Assembly: GCA_964016885.1 (NCBI GenBank)
Contig: OZ024742.1
Span: 145,018,001-145,082,000 of the forward strand
Length of the DNA stretch: 64,000 bases
Reading direction: 5' to 3'
Source: Eledone cirrhosa
Taxonomy: Eukaryota
This document shows, piece by piece, positions 53,581-64,000 of this stretch. The position numbers and the translations under genes are program-made. The stretch's first letter is position 1; the number at the start of each line of letters is the position of its first letter. A model generated the notes under the pieces. It was not told the origin of the DNA, made no database searches, and worked only from the letters and a program-made list of their open reading frames with translations.

Positions 53581-54714
53581 AGGCACACACACACACATGT
53601 GTATCATCATCATCATCATCACCATTTTACGTCCGTTCTTCCATGCTAGCATGGGTTAGATGGGTTATCCTGTTGTGAGCAGTGTCCGGTCGGCTGACCT
53701 TGTCTTGCTCATATGGGAACTGATTCTGGCTTGATTTCTACAGCTGGATGCCCTTCCTAACACCATATATATATATTTATAAATACATAAATACATGTCA
53801 TCATCGTCATTAAACGTCCATTTTCCATTCTTGCATGGGTTAGAGGAGTTGTCCTGTTTTGAGTCAAGTCAGGTCCAAAGATCATGTCATGTTCATACGG
53901 TGGAAACAGCTCATAGTGGATGACACCTTTCCAGTCCCATTAGATACTCAGTAAGGCTTTGTGAGTGAAGAGGCCAGCCTTTGCTTGCTGTTGTGACATA
54001 CTCTTTTTATGAACCTATGATCACTTGCAGATTAATGTAAAGACAGCATTTTTCATTACCAGTAATGAAATATAACCAGTTAGTTGTGCGATGGCAGGAG
54101 AACAGAGAAGTTGCGACTGCCATCCGGCATTCATATACATACATGCATACATGCATACATACATACACACACACATACACTTATACATACATACATACAC
54201 ACACACAGACACATACATGCATACATTGATACATTGATACATGCATACATACATATGCACATACATACATTCATACATATGTACACACACTCACACAAAC
54301 ATACATACATACTATCAATCATCTTTCTGCTCAAAGAATATTGGCAAGGTCTTCTATATACACATAAGACAACAGATCTGCAATGGTTTACATATTGTTT
54401 AAGTTTCATACACACACACACACAAAACGTACTCTTACAAAACAAAAGCAGATGTTATCACCATCATCATGTTTGTAGTCAGTAATATTACAATATTATC
54501 ATTGTTTTCCTAATCTCTAAGTATTTATGTAATCATTAAAATAAAAGAAACCTAATGATTGCTATTCAATAAAACAGTTTATCATAAATACATATTAAAG
54601 TTCACTATTCTCCAGACTTTCCGGCATCAGAAGAAATTTTCTAGAGAAGTTTGCAACTAATAGTTTACTGAGTTAAATAAATGTTCAGGCAAAGTGTTAG
54701 CACATAGGTTAACT

Positions 54715-54878
54715 CAGTCATGGGCAAACTGTGACCCACAAGCCGCATGCAGCCTGTTTGGCTTCCTGAATGGCATGCCTAATTTCAAATTTGCCTTGAA
54801 TTTTTTAGTAGTGTGGCCTGACTTATGATAAACCACATCCTAAGCAACCCTCTGCTCAAAAAAGGTTGCCCATGCCTG
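54715..54878. mobile_element. hAT-type non-autonomous DNA transposon
   Basis: TIR-like ends CAGTCATGGGCAA and TTGCCCATGCCTG; 8-bp TSD only partly conserved. Confidence 0.6.
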
Positions 54879-55689
54879 GGTTTCAAAAGTCCATCATTGT
54901 TACACAATGTCATGCTTATTCAATCATTACAGGTACACATGTTTGTAGAATATTCAACCATTTACACATTAATTTAACAAGCAGGCAGCTGAATTGATTA
55001 AACAGTTGAATGTCCATTGTTAAAACAAACGGAGGGTCTATCTTTACTCTTAATCATCAATGTTGGATGCCAATTCTTTTTCTCTTCACCAAGACCTTGG
55101 GTGTCTTTAACAGAGTTCACTCTTCAGTAAGCATTTAAACCAGAACCCCACATCTCTTCAATTCTGGGCCCCTCTCCACTTGAACCTTGGTATTTTTAAC
55201 AGATGTTACTACAAATATTCAGACCAGTACCACACCTGACAACCCATGGTTCCTCTCTTCCCACATTCCCCTTACAGACATTGGCCTAAAAAACGTCCAG
55301 GCAAAGGTCATGTGTACTGTCCCCACCCATACACCGACCACCACTCATTAATTTATTAAAGGAATATACAAGCTACTAGATTATATTTGCTACAATTGTT
55401 ACACTGGCAAAGTACATGATTACATTTACCAAAACTATGTTTATCAAATTATATTTTACGTGTCTAATAAATACAATTAGTTGAATGTATGTTTTATCAA
55501 CAAGAGAATATGTAATCAATGAGGAAGAGAAGCTTCAGTCATTGTGAAATCCTTATTGTTGGACTTCTTTCAAGAACCAAAGATTGATAATTATAATAGT
55601 GACCATATTAGTAATACAGATGACTAGACAAGATAATTGATTAATAGTCAGTTTTGGCAACCTCAAACAAAATCCTGTCTATATCATTT

Positions 55690-56012
55690 CATCATCATTT
55701 CATTTTACGTCCGCTTTTCCCTGCTTGCAAGGGTGGGACGGGAACTGGTTCTGGCTTGATTTCTACAGCTGGATGCCCTTCCTAACACCAACCTCATTTA
55801 CAGTGAGTGCTGGGTGCTTTTTTGCTGTGGCACCTCCACGACCACTTTGCAGTGGAATGATAGGGACCCCAGTCCCTATCATCTCATTTCTACAGCTGAG
55901 TAAACTGGAGCAATGTGAAATAAAGTGTCTTGCTCAAGGAAACAACACATCACCTGGTCTGAGAATTGAACTCACAACCTTTCAATTGCAAGGCCAATGC
56001 TCTAACCACTAA

Positions 56013-56015
<3 letters not shown>
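55690..56015 (-). mobile_element. tRNA-head SINE with RTE-derived body and tail; near-identical copy at 57760-58105
   Basis: Antisense tRNA head (tggcttagtggttagagc..gagttcaattc), gttaggaagggcatccagctgtagaaa body, (GAT)n tail. Confidence 0.8.
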
Positions 56016-56044
<29 letters not shown>

Positions 56045-56047
<3 letters not shown>

Positions 56048-56530
56048 TCATCATCATCATCATCATTTAACATCCATTTTCCACACTAGCATGGGTAGGA
56101 TGGGTTGAACCTTTGACAGAATCAGGTCAGAGGACCGTGTTTCATTCACCCAGGGCTGATTTTGGTTTGGTTTCTACAGCTGGGTGCCCTTCCTAACACC
56201 AACCACATTTACAGTGTGTACTGGGTGCTTTTTGTCATGTCACCTACACGACCACATTACAGTGTGGACTGGGCACATTTAGTCTGAACCCTGATGAACT
56301 CCTACCTGTACCTTGAATCCCTCACTACACCCACTTGCTACTCTCACTTTACTGACAGCTCCTCTGTACATAGCTTGCATTGCTTTCACAACCATTCTTT
56401 TACACCTAATTTCCTTAAGGACCACCAGATAATAGATCAAGGTACTCTGTCAAAGGCCTTCTCTAGATCAACAAAAGCTAAATATAGTGGCTTATTTTTG
56501 GCTAGGAACTTCTCTTGTAGTTGCCTCACT
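56045..56530 (-). mobile_element. RTE-derived short element plus RTE RT fragment
   Basis: RTE tail and leader motifs at 56045-56280; antisense KFLAKNKPLYLAFVDLEKAFDRVP at ~56440-56515. Confidence 0.75.
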
Positions 56531-57759
56531 TTGCCTTTCATCCTTACAGGGTTGATAAATTAAAAAAATAGTAATGCACTGGGGTCAATTTAAATGACTT
56601 TCTACTCTCCTAAAATTGTTGGCCTTGTGCCTACATTGAAAACAATTATAGATATGCATGTGTGTAAGTGTGAGTGTATGTGCATACATGTATACGTGTG
56701 TGAGAGAACTGACTGGATATAATGATTTAACAATTAGCTAGAAAAACTATTGCTATATGCAACACTGACCAATTCCTGACAGGTTTTACAAGCTATAATA
56801 CTAAAGCTTTGTGTATGTGTTTGTTTGTAAGTTAACTGTATCTCACAGATCCCATTATCCACTAAAATGTTTTGATTTAGGTACTCTTTTTACAGAAAAT
56901 TCATGTACTCTTTTTACAGAAAATTCATGTACTCTTATTACAGAAAATTTATGTACTCATTTTGCATAAAATAAGTTTCACAAAATTCTATGAACCTCAA
57001 CTCTTGCAAGAAAATATATTTTAATTATATAAATCAATGTGTAGGTAACCTAGTAAAAAGCTCCCAGTCCCCACTGTAAATGTGGTTGGTGTTAGGAAGG
57101 GCATCCAGCCGTAGAAAACCTGCCAGATAGTCCTATATGAGTGAGACACGGTCACCCGACTAATCTTGCCTCAAGTGGAACAATTCTCGTCTAACCCATG
57201 CTAGCGTGGAAGATAGACTTTAAATGATGATGATGAATAGAGAAAAAGTTTTTACCTCTATTATGTGCAGACATAACTGTTTCTACTTTAGGCACAAGGC
57301 CAGCAATCACCCAGTGCAGTACTTTATTTTATCGACCCCGTAAGGATGAAAAGCAAAGTCAACCTCGGCGGGATTTGAAATGTGCAGACATAACAAAAGT
57401 TTATCTTTGCCACACACATAATAAAAGTTGCATGTATGTGCACACAAACATACACACATATAATTGTTTCTACATTTGGCACAAGGCCAGTAATTTTGAG
57501 AAAGTCGATTATATCAACCCAGTGCATTACTGGTGCTTTATTTTATCAAACACATAAGGATGAAAAGCAAAGCTAACCGTGTCAGGATTTTAACTCAGTG
57601 TTTAACAGTGTTCCAAATGTGACCATCCATCCTCTTATTAACAGTACTCCAACTGTGACTAGTTACTCCTTTTCCTGATGCAGCACCCATAACCATACAC
57701 CATCTTTTTCAATTGTGATCATCCAGACATTTTAAGTGTTCCATCCATGATGATGATGA

Positions 57760-58105
57760 TCATCATCATCATCATCATCATCATTTTACGTCCGCTTTTC
57801 CCTGCTTGCAAGGGTGGGACGGGAACTGATTTTGGCTTGATTTCTACAGCTGGATGCCCTTCCTAACACCAATCTCATTTACAGTGAGTGCTGGGTGCTT
57901 TTTTGCCGTGGCACCTCCACAGCCACTTTGCAGTGGAATGATAGGGACCCCAGTCCCTATCATCTCATTTCTCCAGCTGAGTAAACTGGAGCAATGTGAA
58001 ATAAAGTGTCTTGCTCAAGGAAACAACACATCACCCGGTCTGAGAATTGAACTCACAACCTTTTGATTGCAAGGCCAATGCTCTAACCACTAAGCCATGT
58101 GCCTC
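57760..58105 (-). mobile_element. tRNA-head/RTE-tail SINE (copy of 55690-56015)
   Basis: Near-identical sequence. Confidence 0.8.
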
Positions 58106-58254
58106 CATCTAGCAGAATTTCCAAGATTTTTATTTAACAAAGTAGCCACCAATTCAGTGCATCATTTCCTAGGTAATGTCGAGGACCCTTCCAGTTACTG
58201 CAAAATGTTTCTTTTCATGTTTCACTATATTCAATTATTGCATTTCTTTAAGTG

Positions 58255-59090
58255 CCAGTGTATATTTTTACTGATTCTACTCTCCAGTACTTTTTAACAA
58301 CTTCGTGGAGAAAATCATGCAAGAGACACTCCAAGACTTCAACACCAGTCTCCATTGGAGGATGGCCCATTGCCAACCTGTGCTTTGCTGGTGGTATTAA
58401 CTTATTAGAAAGCAGTAAAGCAGAACTCCAAGAGCTCACCATCAGACTTGAAAATGTATCAGGAGCATATGGAATGGAGATCAGCTCAGAAATGAGCAAG
58501 ATTCTGGTTAACAGTCATAACAGTCATGTTGAATGGAGGAGACTTGAAGAAGTGTACACTTTCAAATACCTAGGATCCACTCTGACCAAGGATGGCAGAT
58601 CTCAAAAGGAGATGATGAAGATGGCCTCTTCTGTCATGATAAAGCTGAACATCATATAGATAAGTAACTCCTAAGCACAAATTGCATAAGTGACTTCAAT
58701 CCTTCCGTATAGGTATAAAAGCTGGACTCTTACAACTGATATAGAAAAAAGAATCCAAGCATTTGAACATCATTGCTTCAGAAAGCTGCTACACATCCTG
58801 TACATGGAATGTAAAACAAGCAGCTTTGCCAGGTAGTAAGTCAACAAATACACTAGCAGACAGCAACCATTCTTGGCGACAGAGAAAAGATGGAAGCTTG
58901 CTTGGTACGGTCATGTATCTCACTACAACTCTCAGGACACAGTTGAAGGAGGGTAAATAAAATCCTGGTCTGACAACATCAAAGACTGGACAGGTCACAA
59001 CACCACAACTCTTCTGTACAGAATGAGGAATAGATACCAGTGGTGGTGATAGCTGAAACAGTTCTGGGAACTTGATGGTGATGATGATGA
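58255..59090 (+). mobile_element. Old RTE-clade LINE 3' fragment
   Basis: VSIGG.PI.NL.FA, YGMEISSE.SKILV, LEEV.TFKYLGS, RIQAFE..CFRKLL; (GAT)n tail at ~59075-59090. Confidence 0.75.
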
Positions 59091-59244
59091 TATATTTTCC
59101 TTATATGTGCTTATGATATTTTATTGTGTGTATTATTGATATTACATATTTTTGAGACACAAGTCCCACTTACTTAGCTAGCCATGTTTGTCTTGGCTTT
59201 GATTCTTTTATTTGTTAATTTATCTATTTATCTATATTCATTTA

Positions 59245-59680
59245 AATGTAAGTATGTATGTACATATATGTATACAGGCGCACAGTAGTATGTATATATA
59301 TACATACATGCACACATATATATATGCACGTATCGGTTTACCGAACATTTATTATAATGCTCGGTTTCTTTGTTTGTAAACAAACAAACAGCCCGGATTA
59401 CGCCGTACAGTGTTTAGGCAACCACGTCACCTTTTTGTTCAACACTGACACAGGAACGATGTACTAGTTTCAAGCTTATTAGCTATCGTCAGCATCATAT
59501 ACCTTCCTGCCAGATGGTTGAACGTGCATATATATATATATGTGTGCATGTATGTATATATATACATACTACTGTGCGTCTGTATACATATATGTATGTA
59601 CGTATACATACATACTTACATTTAAGTAAGTGCCGTACTAAGAGTGAGAAATGAAATTTCGTTTCATTCTATTCCATTTA
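59245..59680. mobile_element. Second copy of the 423-bp HHR family, with inverted arms
   Basis: Reverse complement of 59456-59498 reads ATGATG-CTGACGA-T-AGCT-AATA-AGCT-T-GAAA-CTAG-TA-CATCGT; orientation flips at ~59525. Confidence 0.83.
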
Positions 59681-59798
59681 TATTCATTTATGTGTATCAA
59701 AAAACAAAATTTGTTTTTGCTCTAACATGGTGGATACCTAATTGTATTTGTGAGGAAAAAATAATTATATTACAATAATATTATTAATATTTGGTTCA

Positions 59799-60002
59799 TT
59801 TGCAAACAAACGGCTTCATAACACCATGTGTGTTTTAACGATGACTGACATTATCCTTTTGTTCCAGCAGTAGCAGAGAGAAAAGAGTCGACAATTGTTT
59901 CAGAGTTATTGTCAACTATTTTCTCTGCTACTGCTGGAACAGAAGCATGACGTCAATCATCGGAAAAACACACATGGTGTTATGAGGCTGTTTGCTTGCA
60001 AA
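59799..60002. mobile_element. ~200-bp imperfect foldback (MITE-like)
   Basis: tttgcaa.caaac.gc.tcataacaccatgtgtgtttt...gttccagcagtagcagag pairs with ctctgctactgctggaac...aaaacacacatggtgttatga..gtttgcttgcaaa. Confidence 0.7.
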
Positions 60003-60599
60003 CTGGTAACCATGTCTTCTTTTGCAGATGTTTGGTCTACTGAAGATACATTAATGTAAGTTAATGAAGAAGCTTCTAAATGGTCACTCAACTTGCTAGA
60101 AATAACAGTCTATTTAGATTCTTAAAATAGATGAAATAGTCGTGGTTTGAATATCATTGATTATAGGTCTGCTCAATGAGGGTAAACCTAGGAATAAATA
60201 ACAACACACCATATCTCTAGGCAAATCTGCACTTAAGTATGTATATATTCAATCATTTTTTTTTATATAAATATCCATGAAGAAAATAAGTCAGTCAACT
60301 TATGCATACAGGCACTATTGATCTTTGAGAGAAACACTGCATAATTCACATCACATCATCGTTGTTTTACTATTCCTTTGGTTAGGCTTATACAAAATAG
60401 ATATTTCTTTCAAATCATCTCAATCCATATCTTCAACAATATTCTAGTGTTTGCTAGTGTTTCTACATAATACTTATTTACAGAAAATTTTTTTTTTGTT
60501 TGTTTGTTTGTTTAGTTCCATTCCTGACCACTGGAACAAATAGATGGTTTTGTTTCAACTACATCTAATCACTCCTAGTTTTTTACAATACTATAAGAC

Positions 60600-60866
60600 A
60601 GAATTGCCCAGTCCACACTGTAAAGTGGTCGTGTCGGCGACACGTCAAAAAGTGCCCAGTCCACACTGTAATGTAGTTGTGTAGGTGACATGACAAAAAG
60701 CACCCAACACGCACTGTAAATGTGGTTAGTGTTAGGAAGGGGATTCAGCTGTAGAAACCAAGCCAAAATCAGCCTCGAGTAGGCAAAACATGGTCCTCTG
60801 ACCTGCTTCTCTTCCAAAGGGTCAACCCATCCTAATCATAATTGCATGGAAAATGAACGTTAAACA

Positions 60867-60901
<35 letters not shown>

Positions 60902-60902
60902 A
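60600..60902 (+). mobile_element. RTE-derived non-autonomous element with (GAT)n tail
   Basis: Reverse complement of 56045-56280; three cacactgtaa subrepeats. Confidence 0.75.
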
Positions 60903-62299
60903 AGATGTGTATAGACAAGAAAAATGAAGGGTTTTAATAACTCATGAGAATGCTTGAAGAAAACAGCTTAAAAGATATTGGCGCTGTCAGTTGTACCCGT
61001 TTCTGCTACTTACCTAATAGTACAGTGTTTGACTTCTACTACATCATGTGTATCACCATTTTTAGAATAACTACAGCATGACCCTTCATATTTTATGAAG
61101 CAATTAAAAAAGTTGACAACAGGAAGGATATCCAATCATAAAACACTACCTCAGAAAACCCGTCCAAACTATTCCAGATGCAAAACAATGACAATAATGA
61201 CAGCAATGATGATGATGATGATTTTGCTTTTGAGTTGCATGTATTATAGTTCGCCAAACTTGAGGTAAGCTAATAATGAAATCCTGGAATAAAATATTTA
61301 ATGTTGACTTTAAATAGTTGCGGGTTTAATAAATAGACAATGACAGGACAGAAATAGATGAACCATTTTAAAGATTGATAAAATCAAAAAATATTTTGAG
61401 AGATTAAACATTTTTTTATGGTTAAGTCAGAAGAAATGACTGCACCAATAATGTTCATAAGACTTGTGAAACTGGTGAGATCGATACAGCTGATGCTCAA
61501 TATTCATCTTAGACAACTGCAACTTGTTAACTGCAGGATAAACATGGACAGAGAGAGAATTCTTGAAAGTTGATAACTGAGAAAGCAGGATTGGATAAAG
61601 TGGCAAGTGTGAAACCAGAAGGAAGAAACACACTTTGAGGGTCAAAAGCGGGTGGTAGTCAACCAAAGAAAAGAGATTATTGTAGTAGCAACAGAAATGA
61701 TAGTGTGTTTGTGTTCTTGAAGTTGGAATGTATAGAGAGGGGCTTCATGTCAATTAATCTAGTGGATTCTGGTTGGGGACACAGTTCAGGATGTTCGTAT
61801 GTATAAAACAAGAACTCTATCTCAGATATGGAGGTAATATTCCTTTGTTGAACTCTCAAATTAAAATATTGATGATATGGTATCTTGATATGAAGATGCT
61901 TGTCCCTCGGTAATGTGTTTAAGTCATGTCAGAGTAAATATAGCTCTCTGTGGTTTACTCCAATTACAAAGAAGTTTTATAAGACATTAAAGAAATAGTT
62001 ATAAAACTTCATGAAGCTATCGTTATAATTTCATCTTCAAGCAGTGACTGACCCTTGCTAATAGTTTATTGAAATCACCATATATGGTCTGGTTGATGTA
62101 TAGACATGGTGTAATGCAAGATCAGTAGCTAAATCCTGATAAAATATTACCCTATTAGGTTGGAAAATTATTTTTGATATTCAACCTACAATAGAACCTC
62201 GAAATGATCACTCAACCTGCTATTAAACCTGGCCATCTTAAAAAAGAATGAAGGACACATTAGAAAATGTAGTCCTAGATACACACAGTCTGAAAAAAA

Positions 62300-62482
62300 A
62301 TAATTGTTTCTTCTTTTGGCACAAGGCCAGCGATTATCGCAGTGTATTACTGGTACTTTATTTTATCGACCCCGTAAGGATGAAAAGCAAAGTTAACTTC
62401 AGCGGGATTTGAACTCAGACCATAAAGGGGCGTAACTCTATGCTGCAAAGACCCTCTACCGATACTGGCAATTCACTGCCCT
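62300..62482 (-). mobile_element. Family A SINE
   Basis: actggtactttattttatcgacccc...ggatttgaactcag. Confidence 0.8.
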
Positions 62483-63234
62483 GTCTGAAAAAAAATAATG
62501 TTGTGATGGTTGGAACAACTGACTTAAAAATTTTTTTTTTTTTCAAGATGATGAGGTTGGGTGAAGAAATACCAAGAAATCCCAGTGGAAGGAAGCTGCA
62601 GTAGAAGGAGACCAAAACAAAGAAAAACCCAAGCAGAGGTTGTGGGAGCTGATCTCAAATCTCTGAAGCTCAGAGGAAATGGCAAAGAGAGTGCAATTAG
62701 GGGAATTATGCTTTGAAGAAGAAGAAGGAGGAGGAGGAGGAAGAGGTGGTGGTGGTGGTGGAAAGGAAGAGGAGGAGATTCTATGATCTAAGTAATAAAT
62801 TCAAATGATTCTTTGGATTACATTTTTCAGATTTGATTACTGAACAAGCCTTTAAGTCATGACCACCTCTTACTTTTGTAGTGTGTGAAGGTAGCCTCCA
62901 AGACTTGGGGCTGCCTTTACACTTTTACAACAGTTTTTTTACAGGCAGTCACAAAGTCAAATTTCCATTTTCATTTTTCAATTTCTTAGTCTCTTTTCCT
63001 TATCTTCTATGATAAGTATGGGTTCTACATAACCCTGTTCTGTAATTCTGTCAAAGTTACCTGATGAGATCGTCCTGTCTTACATCATAAATGGATAATG
63101 GAGCTGGGCCATTGAAATATGTATAGTAATTTTACGGAATTAAAATTTATAGCATATCTTCCAGCCTGGCCTTCTGTTGTCGTTTTAAATATATATATCT
63201 TGCTAACAAAACTTAATAGCAGACTCGACACATA

Positions 63235-63335
63235 CAAAAAAATAAAAAAATAAAAAAATAAAAAAATAAAAAAAATAAAAAAATAAAAAAATAAAAAAAT
63301 AAAAAAATAAAAAAAATAAAAAAAATAAAAAATAG
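63235..63335. repeat. (TAAAAAAA)n simple repeat
   Basis: Directly visible. Confidence 0.9.
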
Positions 63336-63521
63336 AATAGAAATTTTTGTTTCTTCCTCTTCTCACTATCTTTCTATTTCATCTTTTATTTCTCATTCTC
63401 TCTTCTGATGAAGGATTAGTGTCTGAGACATAAAGACACTTTTCCTAATATATCAATCATTAAACTAATATATTTCTTCATTGTACTGTGTTGTTTTCTT
63501 TGTTGTTTCAGTCTACTTTTT

Positions 63522-63571
<50 letters not shown>

Positions 63572-64000
63572 TTCAAATACTAATATCTAAGGTAATGTAA
63601 CTGGTTTTACAACAGGATAGAATAAAGTAAACTAGTCTTCTGAGTAAATGTTTCGTACAAGTCTGTATTGCATTTAAAAGTAATAAATGTAGTATTACTC
63701 TTTTATCTTCTGAACATCTCAATCAATCTTATTCTTGCTTACACATCAGTAGAACATATGTTTTGTTTTTATTGATTTTATTGGAAGGAAGCGGATGTAC
63801 CTATGACTTTTGCAGCAGGCACTATGAGGCTCATAAAATTTATGAGGTTAATATTCTTCATGAACAGTTGTAAGTTGATGGCTGCAGGAAAAACATGGGC
63901 ATGAAAAGGGATGATGTTTAGGAAATGAAAGACCGGATATTGTAGTTAATGTTTGGCTTGTAGTTGAGTAGAGTAACATAATAAGGGTGATGAGGGACAG

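Noticed and set aside
61427-61920. Possible minus-strand host exons
   Set aside because: Short frames bounded by stops, no recognisable domain and no convincing splice signals.
63055-63085. Isolated CTGATGA motifs (also ~25232, ~29738, ~32912, ~38671, ~63405)
   Set aside because: No downstream helix II + GAAA + helix I complement.

Overview
AT-rich, repeat-saturated eukaryotic (animal) genomic DNA. The tRNA-SINE and RTE-tail repeat types suggest an octopus or other coleoid cephalopod (inference). No convincing host exon was found. The window holds two decayed R4/Dong-type non-LTR retrotransposons abutting (ACAT)n tracts, a decayed Helitron with an intact 3' hairpin+CTAG end, a decayed RTE LINE plus fragments, many SINEs and MITEs, and a Penelope-like element (PLE, Neptune-like) with an uninterrupted 1062-aa RT + GIY-YIG ORF. 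The main observation is a dense set of type I hammerhead ribozyme (HHR) motifs, more than 20 in at least six sequence families. Twelve lie in a 3.8-kb palindrome made of two oppositely oriented arrays of a near-identical 310-bp non-coding unit (16071-19886). Most HHR/PLE insertions share one architecture: two arms in opposite orientation, 3' ends facing outward into (TA)n tracts, joined centrally, with 2-5 nt microhomology at the three junctions checked. This suggests retrozyme-like (possibly circular) RNAs copied by a PLE RT with priming on both strands of a self-complementary (TA)n target. A covarying stem/pseudoknot RNA motif is also shared by two diverged non-coding retroposon fragments. 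All calls are by eye; no searches or folding programs were run.
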